64,000 bases of DNA, taken from contig CBDFLJ010000001.1 in the NCBI GenBank assembly GCA_965248835.1, positions 2,208,001 through 2,272,000 of the forward strand, written 5' to 3'. The stretch is from Alphaproteobacteria bacterium (lineage in GTDB: Bacteria > Pseudomonadota > Alphaproteobacteria > MPNO01). Position 1 is the stretch's first letter, and each line of letters begins with the position of its first letter. This document shows positions 50,908 to 62,392 of this stretch, piece by piece. The position numbers and the translations under genes were made by a program. Below the pieces are notes generated by a model. That model saw nothing but the letters and a program-made list of their open reading frames with translations. It was not told the origin of the DNA and ran no database searches.

Positions 50908-51129
50908 CACCCCCTCGACCGCCTGGCGCTTCCATGCGCCGACCTGGTTCGGATGGACCTGGTACTGCGCAGCAATCTCCTGAAGCGTCCGCTCGCCCCG
51001 AAGCGCTTCCAGTGCCACCTTCGCCTTCAGCTCCCCCGAAAACCGGCGTCGCTTGCTGCTCATCTGCATTCCTCCGTCAGACGGGGGAATACACCTTATC
51101 GAACTGTCCGATTTTCCGGAGCCACCTCA
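50908..51129 (-). mobile_element. IS3-family left end plus orfA fragment
   Basis: TG end; RRRFSGELKAKVALEAL...VHPNQV..WK. Confidence 0.82.
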
Positions 51130-51378
51130 GGGTGATGCTGACCGGCACCCTGAATTCGCCCGCGAACTGCCCCGGTTTGTGTCCCGGGTGCGGCAGATAT
51201 TCACGGCGCAAGAGCTACTGGCACACCTCGCGCGCATCGAACGCGAACGCCATGACAATGAGCTGGCCGCCATTGAGGACGACGACCTGGATTTCGAAAC
51301 CCCGGCCGCCACCGCGGAGCGGGCACGGCAATTCGATACGATCAAGGAATTGTTGACCGCCACCGCGCTCGGCACGTC

Positions 51379-51682
51379 GTGACCGGCGTAGTCAAGCCGC
51401 AACCGGAATCGTCAACCCAGGAGGTTCTGGCAGGCCTCGTCGAGCGAGTGACGTTCCACAATGCCGATAACGGGTTCTGCGTTCTGAGAACCAAGGCCCG
51501 AGGCCATCGCGATCTCGTGACGGTCGTCGGCCACGCCGCCATGGTGTCGGCCGGAGAGTGGATTACGGCATCGGGGGAATGGATCAACGACCGCACCCAT
51601 GGTCAGCAATTCAAGGCACGCTTCCTGCGCACTTCGGAGCCGTCGTCGATCGAGGGCATCGAGAAATACCTCGGCTCCGGCA
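51379..51682 (+). pseudogene. RecD2-like helicase N-terminal fragment
   Basis: GLVERVTFHN..NGFCVL, HGQQFKA, GIEKYLGSG, then breaks. Confidence 0.85.
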
Positions 51683-51901
51683 GGGGAACGCTCGATCGTC
51701 GGTGCGGCGACGTGAGGTTTGAAGTTATCCGATCCTGCCTGTTCGGCTATCATCGGGGGATGAATTCGAGCGTCAATTGGGAGTGCGGGCTGCAAGAAGT
51801 CGGACGACGGGAGGAAGGCGTGATGGGATTGGGCGAGCGGCTTGGGCTCGGGGAAACCGCGGCGATCACGGAAGGTGAGAGGTTTGCTTTGGCAAATGTC
51901 C

Positions 51902-52623
51902 GGTAGCCGAACACCGGGATCGCGATGTCGGGCATGCGCCGTTGCGCCCCGGCGGGGTTCTTGCGCCGCCCGGTCTTCACCGTCCACCGCGCATCCGTGT
52001 CCTTCTGCGCCGCCTTGGCCGGCTGATCGGGCCAGATCTCGGATGCCCTCTTGCCTGCCTTGATCGCCGCCTTCTCGTCGTCGCTGTTGCGCTGCTTGGG
52101 CGCCGATACCAACGTCGCATCGACGATCTGCCCGCCCATCGCCAGATAGCCGCACCGGCGCAGTTCGCCATCGAAGGCGGCAAACAGCTTATCCATCGCC
52201 CCGGCCCGGACCAGACGCTCGCGAAAGATCCATATGGTGTTGCGGTCCGGCGTCGGCGCTCCGAGATCGAAGCCCAGGAAGCGAAGCCAGCTCAAGCGGT
52301 CGCGGATCAGAAACTCCATCCGCTCGTCGCTCACCGTGTGCCGCGCGGCCAGGATCAGTACCTTGAACATCGCCACCGCATCGTAGGCCGGGCGGCCGCC
52401 TTTCGATCCGTCCGAATAGCCCAGCGCCGCCTCAAGCGGCGCGCGGAAAATCTCGAAGTCGACCACCTTCGCCAGCACCTCCAACGGATCACCCGTCGCC
52501 GATAGCTTCCGAAGATGATCCGGTAAGCCGAACAGACCAGCCTGCCTCATCAATACCTCCTCGAACCGAACCGCCGTAGAGAATCACAACCAGGCAAAAT
52601 TCGCGAGGTAAATGGAGGCGTCC
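51902..52623 (-). mobile_element. IS5-family 5' fragment
   Basis: GGRPAYD..MFK, DRLSW.RFLG, IVDAT, KDTDARW. Confidence 0.85.
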
Positions 52624-52626
52624 AGC

Positions 52627-52976
52627 TCGTCAAGATCGGCGCGAAGATCGTCCGCCACGGTCGCTACATCGTCTTCCAGATGGCCGAGGTCGCTATCCCT
52701 CGTGACCTGTTCGCCGACATCCTCCGCCGAATCGATCGGCTCAGAACGACGCCCCTCCCAACATGACGACAGGATCGTCCCTCATGCGTGAAGACGACAG
52801 GACCGGTGTGTCCGAGACACGGCCCGACCGGCAATATCGAATGCCACCATGTCCCATTCACTCTCAATTTCTTGTTGTCGGGCATGATCTTGGTGGCAGA
52901 ACCCATCGGACTTGCCCTTTGAGCGATTTCGAGCCACGCTCAACTTGGCTGAAGGGTGCCACATGGGAAATCCCGG
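52627..52976 (+). mobile_element. IS1380 3' fragment
   Basis: LVKIGAKIVRHGRY.VFQMAEV plus right end. Confidence 0.85.
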
Positions 52977-53076
52977 TTAATTGCCCTTCTTTGCCGAGGT
53001 TATTGAGGAACCAAATTACTTCGGTTGTGACACGACGTCCAAGAAACACAGACCAGCAAGTTGATTCACATATTCT

Positions 53077-53790
53077 CTACCGCTGAGGCCAAGCATTCAC
53101 CGACCCTACATTCGGCTGGTAGCGATACCTATGATCGAGCACATAGCCACGGCTCTTCGACTCGTACCACCATTTGAACTCCAGAGCGAAGAGTTCTCGG
53201 TTCTTGTCGAATTCGATCTTGTCGATTTCAATGGCGGTGCGCGTGCAATTTCGTCTTTTTGCGAATTCCCAACCATGTCCTCCCGGAAACTTGCACCGAT
53301 CGGTTTCCCGATAGTAGCGTTTCTTTCCTTTTCGAATTTCATAGACACGGCCGATGCCGCGGTCATGGCACTCGAAGTACTGCGTCTTTGATCCGTTGCT
53401 CTTTGCCCGCACCCAGATCTTCCGACCTCCCCACTCTCTTGGACCGGTGATTGTGGTCTTGCTGTTGATGTTCACGAAGAATGTCGTAGAAGCCTCGTGC
53501 ATGCATGGCGCGTTCTTGTTGCCATCCCACTTGGCACCAGTCCAAAGGTGGTATGGGACATAGATGGTCTTGCTCTCACAATCGTACAGATTGCTGATGT
53601 GCCATGGAGTGACGCGTTTCCCAACATCCGAGCAAGCAAATTGGTGCAGCATTTCGGGGTCCTTGATGATACTTCTGTTATACTGCGCGAATGCACTTCC
53701 ACCGACGTCCATGGCAAGCAGAAACACGATTGATAAACTAATCAGACGTCCGAGCTTCATGGCCAGTTTTCTCCAGTCAGTGATCATGGA
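53077..53790 (-). CDS. Exported hypothetical protein, Cys-rich; start uncertain
   Basis: Signal-like AFA-Q; long low-GC ORF. Confidence 0.65.
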   Translation of the reverse strand, partial: SMITDWRKLAMKLGRLISLSIVFLLAMDVGGSAFAQYNRSIIKDPEMLHQFACSDVGKRVTPWHISNLYDCESKTIYVPYHLWTGAKWDGNKNAPCMHEASTTFFVNINSKTTITGPREWGGRKIWVRAKSNGSKTQYFECHDRGIGRVYEIRKGKKRYYRETDRCKFPGGHGWEFAKRRNCTRTAIEIDKIEFDKNRELFALEFKWWYESKSRGYVLDHRYRYQPNVGSVNAWPQR

Positions 53791-53846
53791 TGTGCGTTGT
53801 CGCCAAGATAAGACGATCAGTATCGCACCTTTGGATATTGGGTTGC

Positions 53847-54035
53847 TCACTCGTCCACTCCCGTATCGATGACGACGTGCCCCCGAGGGTTCACCTTGGC
53901 CGTCATTCCAGGCGGCACCACAACGGTGGACTTCGGATCCTCCAGAACGGCAGGTCCCGCGATACCGGTTCCGGCTCCGAGACGGCGCCGGTCGTGAACC
54001 GCGGCGGCAAACCCTTCTGTCTCAGGATACCACGC
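53847..54035 (-). pseudogene. Hydantoinase/oxoprolinase A C-terminal fragment
   Basis: Hand translation: IAGPAVLEDPKSTVVVPPGMTAKV...HVVI. Confidence 0.65.
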
Positions 54036-54308
54036 CAGGCGCTCGGTGGGCGCGGATGAAACGGGCGTTCGCGGCGAGTTCCAGCATCGCGTATGACCAG
54101 AACCCGGAATTCACCAGGAGTTGGCCCTCGGAGATGCGGACGAGGGTGTCGTCGCGGCTCCAGGTCTGGAAGTGCTCGATTCCGGTCCCGCGCAGCGCGG
54201 TAGGCACCACATACTGCTGGATCCGGTTTGGCAATTAATGTGAAACATTGAACTTGGGCCACCCGAGGGGGACTGGTCAGTCTACTGCCTTCTCTCGGTT
54301 CATCTAAT

Positions 54309-55085
54309 CCGGGATTCCCCATATGGAACCCTCCCAGCCCGTTGAGTGTGACTCGAAACCGCTCGACGGGCAGTTCGCCTTCGAATGACGGCCATCTTCG
54401 CGCCGATCCGGATGATTGAGTACCAATTGGCGGCGTTGGTGGCGCGGAATGGCATTTTTGCCGGCGATCCGGGCGCACCGATCCTGTCGGCGGCGACGCG
54501 AAGGAACGGGGTGCCGTCGCTCATGCCGGGGCTGGCGGCGGTCTGAGCCGGTCGATACGGCGCAGGATGTCGGCGAACAGGTCACGAGGAATGACAACCT
54601 CGGCCATCTGGAACGTGACGTAGCGCCCGTGGCGCACGATCTTCGCTCCGATCTTGATGAGCTTCTCTCGCAGGCTGGTCAGTGACCACTGTCCCACGGC
54701 ATCGGGCAGCGCGAGGGTGCGCATGAAGTTGCCGAGGTTGTAGGCGAGCGCGTGAAGCTGGAGGCGAACGGCATTGTGGTCGAACCTGCGGCACGACAGG
54801 CGTGTCCACCGGATCGCGTTCTTGCCCTCCTTGATCCATTGCTCAGCCGTGCCGCGCTGATTGTAGAACGCGACCACCCGCTCGGCGGGGCGGCCCAGGT
54901 TGGTGACAACGAACCCGACCCGCGGGTACAACTCACCCGGATGCCACTCGACCTTGGCGACGACGCGGCGGGGCTTGTCCCAGGTTCCGGCCTGATAACT
55001 GAAGCTGGCATGATACCGGCGCACGTCCTTGGGCGGCCTACCGACGGGGCGCTTCAGGAGATGAGCGATGCTCTCTTGCAGCACC
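54309..55085 (-). mobile_element. IS1380 3' fragment (different copy)
   Basis: RRVVAKVEWHPGELYPRVGF, YNQRGTAEQWIKEGK; end ATGGGGAATCCCGG. Confidence 0.88.
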
Positions 55086-55594
55086 GCACCGCGATCTCGC
55101 GGATCCGTTCCCACTCCGAATCGAGGCACGAGATCGTGAGCCGCACGCGAGGGGCCTTGCGCCGCGCCGGCATCACTCGCCCGATCGCCGCGACTGGAGC
55201 GCGCGCTGCAGGAAGGCGATCGCCCCGAACAGGGAGAGCCCCGTTCCCGGAAGCGCCTCGTGCAGCGCCCGGCGGACCCGTTCCATCTCCGCTACCCGGT
55301 CGTACAGGGTGCGCTGCTGTTCCTCCGACAGCGCCAGCCGGGGCTCGTCGCGACGGGGTCCGCCCGCCTCCTCGTGCAACGCGCAGGCGTGCGACCGATG
55401 CGAGAAGCGTTCCAACCGAGCAAAACAGGCCACCGATCCAGTGAGCCTACAGAAGATGAGAGAATGCCAGGAACATGACCCACATCGCACCTTGACTTCG
55501 ATTGCCTCATAAAAGTCCATCGGAGGGGCCCGCGCGCGGGGCAAAAGCCGGTAGTATGACCCGGCGGCGTGCATCGACGCCGGGTGGTCCGCGC

Positions 55595-55971
55595 CTACAT
55601 CGACAATCCCCGGTCTTGGCGCACTCGTTCGGCGGCGGCGCGCCTTTCCTCGTCGCGGGCGATCCTGTTCCGGATCTTCTCTTCCCTCTCACTGACCGCG
55701 TCCTGCCCGACGCCGGCGGCGCCCAGATGGGCGGCGAGCTCGTGTTTCGGAATGTCCTTTCTGAGCGCCGCCGCTTCGTCGAGAACCTGCCCTGCCTTCC
55801 GCCGCCAGTCGGGCCAGGCCCGCAGTTGCTCCGCCGGCGTCGACACGATGCCGTCCGTCTCGGTCCGAACGTTCCGCGCACGCCCGCCCGGCCGATCCGT
55901 TCCCACTCTGCATCGGTCGCCATCACCGCGCGCTGGCGGCGCCCGCTGGCATCCTCCTTCATCGTCGCCAT
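55595..55971 (-). pseudogene. Probable mobilisation-gene remnants (RHH-like start, relaxase-like tail)
   Basis: ATDAEWERI; C-terminal RVRQDRGLSM typical of relaxase tails. Confidence 0.35.
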
Positions 55972-56499
55972 CCGCCCGAAACGGATTGCAGCGGTTGCGA
56001 CACACCGGATCCCGATCTCGGAGGTATGGCCATCCATATTCCTATGATAATCCTCACAGAGACGAACCTATTGTGCCGGTTCTGTGTTGCTCACAGGGCC
56101 CACCTGTTCCCCCTTCAGGATCATACGGATGTTCCAAGGCGAATTCCATTCCCCACTTCCCTGAATGCAACTATGCAGCGACACAGGATCCACATCTGTG
56201 TTATTCGAATCGGCCCCATCCTCTCTTGACAGGGACCCTAAGCCATTGTAGTACAACAGTGATACAGGGAGACACTACGATCCTACGATACCGACAGAGT
56301 ACTTAAAATCATGAATTCAGGGCTCACACCACGCGACGGCGCACAAAATAGTCCCGGCTTCCGGCAGGTCAACAGCGAATTCCGCCGCCCCGGCATGCCG
56401 GCCATTTTGTCGCAGCCTACTGCCCACCGGCAGCCGTTTCGGCACGGAGATCGAAGCCGATTCCGCCGCGCCCGGTTGCAACACGAAGGAGCTCTCCGG

Positions 56500-57672
56500 A
56501 TGTCGAGTCTGGTGCCGCCGCACGGTTCGGATACCCTCAAGCCCCTGCTGCTGTCGGAAAGCGAAAGGGCGCAGGAGGCCCGACGGGCGCGGCATCTGAA
56601 AACCGTGCCGCTGTCCAGCCGCGAGGTCTCGGACCTGTTCATGCTCGGCATGGGCGCCTACACGCCGCTCGACGGGTTCATGGGCGCGGCGAACTGGCGC
56701 GGCTGCTGCGAGCATATGACGCTGGCCGATGGCGTCTTCTGGCCGATTCCGATCACCCTGTCCTGTGCCCAGGACCTCGTCGATGCGATCGAGATCGGCG
56801 AGGACGTGGCGCTCGCCGACGGCGAGACCGGCGCGCTTCTCGGCATCCTGACGGTCGAGGAGAAATACGTCATCGACCGTGATCTCGAGTGCACGCGCGT
56901 CTTCCGCACCACCGATCCCGGCCATCCCGGCGTCGAAAAGGTGCTGGGCCAGGGCCCGGTCAATCTGGGCGGCCCGGTGCGCACGGTCTCCGAAGGCCAT
57001 TTCCCCGAAACCTATGCCGGGCTCTACCATCGCCCGGCCGAAACCCGCGCGATGTTTATGGAAAAGGGCTGGTCCAGCGTCGCGGCCTTCCAGACCCGTA
57101 ACCCGATGCACCGCAGCCACGAGTACTTGGCCAAGATCGCCGTCGAAATCTGCGACGGGGTGCTGATTCACCAGGTGCTCGGTGCGCTCAAGCCGGGCGA
57201 CATTCCGGCCGATGTCCGGGTCAGGGCGATCAACGCGCTGGTCGGCGAATATTTCGTGCCCGGCACCGTCCTCCAGGCCGGCTATCCGATCGAGATGCGC
57301 TACGCGGGACCGCGCGAAGCCCTGCTGCACGCCCTGTTCCGCCAGAATTTCGGCTGCTCGCACCTGGTGGTCGGGCGGGATCACGCCGGCGTCGGCGACT
57401 ATTACGGGCCGTTCGACGCCCACCACATCTTCGACACGCTGCCGCCGAACAGCCTGAAGACAGAGCCGCTGAAGATCGACATCACCTTCTTCTGCTATCG
57501 ATGCAACGGCATGGCGACCGGCAGGACCTGCCCGCACGAGGCCGGGGACCGGTTGGCGATCTCCGGCACTAGGCTGCGGGAGATGTTCGCCAACCACGAG
57601 GCGATACCGACCGAGTTCAGCCGCCCCGAGGTGGTTGCGGTGCTGCAGGACTATTATGACGGGTTGGATTGA
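56500..57672 (+). CDS. sat: Sulfate adenylyltransferase
   Basis: [36 protein letters not shown]. Confidence 0.97.
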   Translation: MSSLVPPHGSDTLKPLLLSESERAQEARRARHLKTVPLSSREVSDLFMLGMGAYTPLDGFMGAANWRGCCEHMTLADGVFWPIPITLSCAQDLVDAIEIGEDVALADGETGALLGILTVEEKYVIDRDLECTRVFRTTDPGHPGVEKVLGQGPVNLGGPVRTVSEGHFPETYAGLYHRPAETRAMFMEKGWSSVAAFQTRNPMHRSHEYLAKIAVEICDGVLIHQVLGALKPGDIPADVRVRAINALVGEYFVPGTVLQAGYPIEMRYAGPREALLHALFRQNFGCSHLVVGRDHAGVGDYYGPFDAHHIFDTLPPNSLKTEPLKIDITFFCYRCNGMATGRTCPHEAGDRLAISGTRLREMFANHEAIPTEFSRPEVVAVLQDYYDGLD

Positions 57673-58004
57673 GGCGGCCGGCGATGCGCGCATCGCGAAA
57701 ATATGGTACCATCCGACAGCACGTCTCCGATTCATCGGGCGCGACCGCAGGCCGGTGAGGGGAGACAGTTCGGGTGTCCACCTTTGTTCATTCTGCAATG
57801 TGCGACGACAGCCGGGACGACGAGGGCACCGCCTGCACGCATGGTCATCATGTCCGCACGACCTCTTGATCATCGGCGGCGGAACGTCCGGCTGCGCGAC
57901 CGGCACCCGGCGGCCGCATGCGGTGTGTGAGGGCGGGGTTTTTCGCCGCTGGCACGCCATCGGTCGTTGCGTAGATGATAACCGGCTACCATTGGGGTAA
58001 TTCG

Positions 58005-58790
58005 ATGTTCTCCGGCAATCCCTTCGCCGCGCTTTCGGCGTCCATACCACCCCACGTCATGCAGACCTACGTCGTCATCATGATCGTCCTGGTTGTGGTT
58101 GGCACGCTGTTCGACGTCATTCACAAGAAAAGCGCCAAGTACTTCTTCAACAATTGGCGCAATACAAGGAATAAAGGCACGCAGCAAGTCGGCGGCGGGG
58201 AAATGCTGTCGCTGGCGGTTCAAACCGCTGTTGTCGACGGCCTGGCGTCCGGTGAATTCTGCAGCGCACGGCGCAGAATTGCCCATCTCCTGACCATGTA
58301 CGGTTTCCTGGCTTATGCGATCACGACCGTCATCATGGTGTTCTGGTACCCGACGCTCGCCGCGCCGGCGCCCGCCGTCCTGCCCCAACTGTGGTATATC
58401 GGGGCCCTGCTGGTATGCCTGGGCGGCTACTGGTTCTGGTTCTTCATCCGGGTCGACGTCGCCGCCGAGGGCAATTCGCCGCTCCGCATCGTGCGTGCCG
58501 ATCTGTTCATCCTGTCGCTTCTTGCGAGCGTGACACTGGGCGTGCTCTGGGCCTTGCTGCAGGCGGCGGGCAGTTCGTGGACAAACGTGTTTCTCGGTCT
58601 GTACCTCATCGCCACGACGGTGCTCTTCGGGTCCGTTCCGTGGTCCAAGTTCTCACACATGTTCTTCAAGCCGGCAGCGGCCTTCCAGAAACGGGTGGAG
58701 AACGCGAACGGTTCGAGGAGCAACCTGCCGGCGCCCGCCGACAAGCCCGAAATCTTTGGCAGCGCCCGCCAAGAGCCTCGAAATTACTAA
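58005..58790 (+). CDS. aprM: APS reductase membrane anchor AprM
   Basis: HKKSAKYFF, EFC..RRRIAH, WSKFSHMFFKP; between sat and aprB. Confidence 0.9.
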   Translation: MFSGNPFAALSASIPPHVMQTYVVIMIVLVVVGTLFDVIHKKSAKYFFNNWRNTRNKGTQQVGGGEMLSLAVQTAVVDGLASGEFCSARRRIAHLLTMYGFLAYAITTVIMVFWYPTLAAPAPAVLPQLWYIGALLVCLGGYWFWFFIRVDVAAEGNSPLRIVRADLFILSLLASVTLGVLWALLQAAGSSWTNVFLGLYLIATTVLFGSVPWSKFSHMFFKPAAAFQKRVENANGSRSNLPAPADKPEIFGSARQEPRNY

Positions 58791-58833
58791 CCGGCCCATC
58801 ATTGGTCTTCGATACAGGAGATAGCGGAATATC

Positions 58834-59295
58834 ATGCCGACATTCGTCTACATGACCCGTTGCGACGGCTGCGGACATTGCGTCGATATCTGCCCGTCCG
58901 ACATCATGCACATCGATACTACCTATCGCCGTGCCTATAACATCGAGCCCAACATGTGCTGGGAGTGCTACTCCTGCGTGAAGGCGTGTCCGCAGAACGC
59001 GATCGACGTACGCGGCTATGCCGACTTCGCGCCGTTGGGGCACAGCGTCCGGGTGCTCCGCGAAGAGAAGAAGGGCACCATTTCATGGAAGGTCAAATTC
59101 CGGGACGGCCGTGAAAAGAATTTCGTTTCCCCGATCCGCACCACGCCGTGGGGATCGATCAAATCACCGGCCGATTATGAGCCGCCCAGCCCGGACGCCA
59201 TGAAATCCCAGGAACTTGCGCACGAGCCGGATGCGCTGAACATCGATAAACTGCCGGCGTTGACCCCGGATCAACTCAAGCAGGGAGTGGTCTAG
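58834..59295 (+). CDS. aprB: APS reductase beta subunit
   Basis: MPTFVYMTRCDGCG.CVDICP, CWECYSCVKACP. Confidence 0.97.
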   Translation: MPTFVYMTRCDGCGHCVDICPSDIMHIDTTYRRAYNIEPNMCWECYSCVKACPQNAIDVRGYADFAPLGHSVRVLREEKKGTISWKVKFRDGREKNFVSPIRTTPWGSIKSPADYEPPSPDAMKSQELAHEPDALNIDKLPALTPDQLKQGVV

Positions 59296-61139
59296 TGGGT
59301 CTTTTCGGACGCAGGAAAACGGTTTTCGTGGATTCGGATATCCTCGTCATCGGCGGCGGCATGGCCGGATGCGGAGCCACGTACGAGTCCAGGTACTGGG
59401 GGCGCGACCTCAAGGTCGTCTGCGTCGAGAAGGCGAACATCGAGCGCAGCGGCGCCGTCGCGCAAGGCCTGTATGCGATCAACTGCTACATGGGCATGCA
59501 GTGGGACGAGAACCAGCCCGAGGACCATGTCCGTTACGCCCGGAACGACCTGATGGGCCTGGTGCGCGAGGATCTGGGCTACGACATCGCCCGGCATGTC
59601 GATTCCTCGGTGCACAAGTTCGAAGAATGGGGCCTGCCGATCATGAAGGACCCGGAAACCGGGCGGTATCTGCGCGAGGGCAAATGGCAGATCATGATCC
59701 ACGGCGAAAGCTACAAGCCGATCGTCGCCGAGGCCGCACGCAAGGCCGCCACCGAGGTCTACAACCGGATCATGGTGACCCACCTGCTGATGGACCGGAC
59801 CAAGCCCGACCGGGTCGCCGGGGCGGTCGGTTTCAACGTCCGGACCGGGGATTTCTACGTCTTCCGCTCCAAGGCCGTCATCGTATCCGCCGGTGGCGCC
59901 TCGCACATCTTCAAGCCCCGTGCGGTCGGCGAAGGGATGGGGCGGACCTGGTACGCCCCATGGAGCAGCGCCTCCGCCTATGCGCTGCCGATCCTCGTCG
60001 GCGCCAAGATGACGCAGATGGAGAACCGGATCGTCCTGACCCGTTTCAAGGACGGCTACGGCCCGGTCGGCGCCTATTTTCTGCACCTGAAGACCTACAC
60101 CCAGAACGCGTATGGCGAAGATTACGAAGCCAAATGGTACGATCACACCAAGCAACTGGTCGGGGATTACGTTGACCGGCATCCGGTGCCGACCTGCCTG
60201 CGGAACCACGCTATGCTCGAGGAGCTCAAGGCCGGCCGCGGCCCGATCCACATGGTGACCACGGAGGCCTTCCAGGATCCGCACAAGGAGACCGTCGGCT
60301 GGGAGAACTTTCTCGGCATGACGATCGGCCAAGCGGTCGTCTGGGCGTCGCAGAACATCGATCCCAAGCACACCAACCCCGAACTGACCACGTCCGAGCC
60401 CTATGTCATGGGCTCGCACGCCACCTGCTCCGGCGCGTGGGCGAGCGGACCGGAGGACTGCGCCCCCGCGGAATACCAGTGGGGATACAACCGGATGATG
60501 ACCGTGGACGGGCTGTTCGGTGCCGGCGACACCATCGGCGGCAGCGCTCACAAGTTCTCCTCGGGGTCTTTCACCGAAGGCCGGATTGCCGGCAAGGCGG
60601 CGGTCAATTACGTCAACGACCTGGGCAGCGAGCAGCCTCAGATCAGCGAGGCGGAATACCAGGACCTCAAGAAGGTGATCTTCCAACCCTTGGAGAACTA
60701 CAAAGTCGGCCGCAACGAGATCGTCGCGGGAACCGTTTCACCGAGCTATATTCTGCCGATTCATGGTCTCCAGCGTCTCGAGAAGATCATGGACGAATAT
60801 GTCGGCGGCATCAGCTCCTATTACACGACCAACGAACCGATGCTCACCCGCGGGCTGGAATTGCTGGACATGCTGAAGGAAGACCTCGACCATCTCGGCG
60901 CCGAGGACCTTCACCAGCTACAGCGGTCTTGGGAGCTGCAACACCGGGTCCTGGCGTCGGAGGCCGTCACACAGCACACGATGTTCCGGACGGAAACGCG
61001 GTGGCCGGGCTACTACTATCGGGCCGATCATCCGAAGCTGGACGATGCCGACTGGCATTGCTTCACCTTGTCCCGCTATGACCGGCACTCCGGGACGTGG
61101 GAGTTGGAGAAGGCCCCGGTGTATCACATCGTCGACTGA
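59295..61139 (+). CDS. aprA: APS reductase alpha subunit
   Basis: IGGGMAGCG, RSGAVAQGL, WQIMIHGESYK, HKFSSGS. Confidence 0.97.
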   Translation: MGLFGRRKTVFVDSDILVIGGGMAGCGATYESRYWGRDLKVVCVEKANIERSGAVAQGLYAINCYMGMQWDENQPEDHVRYARNDLMGLVREDLGYDIARHVDSSVHKFEEWGLPIMKDPETGRYLREGKWQIMIHGESYKPIVAEAARKAATEVYNRIMVTHLLMDRTKPDRVAGAVGFNVRTGDFYVFRSKAVIVSAGGASHIFKPRAVGEGMGRTWYAPWSSASAYALPILVGAKMTQMENRIVLTRFKDGYGPVGAYFLHLKTYTQNAYGEDYEAKWYDHTKQLVGDYVDRHPVPTCLRNHAMLEELKAGRGPIHMVTTEAFQDPHKETVGWENFLGMTIGQAVVWASQNIDPKHTNPELTTSEPYVMGSHATCSGAWASGPEDCAPAEYQWGYNRMMTVDGLFGAGDTIGGSAHKFSSGSFTEGRIAGKAAVNYVNDLGSEQPQISEAEYQDLKKVIFQPLENYKVGRNEIVAGTVSPSYILPIHGLQRLEKIMDEYVGGISSYYTTNEPMLTRGLELLDMLKEDLDHLGAEDLHQLQRSWELQHRVLASEAVTQHTMFRTETRWPGYYYRADHPKLDDADWHCFTLSRYDRHSGTWELEKAPVYHIVD

Positions 61140-61278
61140 ACGCAGACCACCGAAGGACCCTTCGCCGTTACCACAAGCCCGGATCGCGTTCGAGGCCGGT
61201 CCGGCGCGTCCGGAACAGGCGCCAGGTCGTCCCACCGGACCGCTTCGAACGAAATCCCAAAGGGATGCTTTCGATCAA

Positions 61279-62049
61279 ATGCTCATCGCCCAGATCAGCG
61301 ATACCCACATCCTGGACCGCGCATCGGATCATCCGGCGGCGCAACGCAGGATCGACTGCCTGCGGTGCTGCATCGCGGACATCAACCGGCAACGGCCCGA
61401 TGCGGTGATCTTCACCGGCGATACGGTGCAGTACGGCGAACCGGAAGAGTATGCGCACCTGCGCGCGCTGCTGGCGCCGCTGCAGGCGCCGCTCTACCTG
61501 ATCCCCGGCAACCGCGATGACAACGGCGCGCTGTGCGCGGCCTTCCGCGACCAGCCCTACCTGCCCAGGAACGGCGACTTCCTCCATTACACGGTCGAGG
61601 ACCATGTGCTGCGCCTGGTTGCCATCGATTCCACGCTGCCCGGCGAGCGCAAGGGGGTCTTTTGCCCGGCGCGCGCCGCCTGGCTGGATGCGGTGCTGAG
61701 CGACCGTCCGGACCGGCCGACGCTGCTGTTCATCCACCATCCGCCCTTCGACATCGACGACCACTACATCGCCGGCTACCGGCGGACCGAAGAGGCTGCC
61801 GCACTCGCCGACGTGGTCGGCCGCCACCCGCAGGTCGTGCGGCTGCTCTGCGGCCACGTCCATTGCCCGGTCGAACTCCCGTGGGCCGGCACCGTGGCAA
61901 GCGTCATGCCTAGCATCGCCGTCGATGTCCGCAAGGGCGTCGACGAGGCCGAGGCCCGGGGCCGGCCGATCTACCTGCTGCACCGTCTGTCGGGCGAGAC
62001 CGACCTGGTCAGTCTGGCAAGGCGCGTCGACGCCGACCGACAACCTTAG
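61279..62049 (+). CDS. CpdA/GpdQ-like metallophosphoesterase
   Basis: ISDTH, TGD, PGNRD, HHPP, CGHVH. Confidence 0.88.
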   Translation: MLIAQISDTHILDRASDHPAAQRRIDCLRCCIADINRQRPDAVIFTGDTVQYGEPEEYAHLRALLAPLQAPLYLIPGNRDDNGALCAAFRDQPYLPRNGDFLHYTVEDHVLRLVAIDSTLPGERKGVFCPARAAWLDAVLSDRPDRPTLLFIHHPPFDIDDHYIAGYRRTEEAAALADVVGRHPQVVRLLCGHVHCPVELPWAGTVASVMPSIAVDVRKGVDEAEARGRPIYLLHRLSGETDLVSLARRVDADRQP

Positions 62050-62392
62050 CACCGCGGCGACGCTTGCGCCGATCGCCCGCTTCGTGCCGAGCCCAGGGAC
62101 GTCCTCGACCGCAGGAAGGACACGATCCGGACCGCCGCCGGACTTGTCCGCCGCGCGGCGCGGCCCGGGGCCTTGAAACCCGGGCCGGGCCGGCTTACCG
62201 TGCGTGCGTGCGTGTGTATGGGATGGACCTTCGCGGTGCAGGCAACGCCTTGACCAAGCTGGCTTTTACCACGAAACGACGATTCCGTGCCGCGCCCTTG
62301 GCGCGCGTTCCGGGCTGGAGCCTGTGCCGAACATGCCGCGCCGGGCCGATCCGATCCGGTGGGAACAGGCTCTAGTGGCCGACCGGGCGCGG

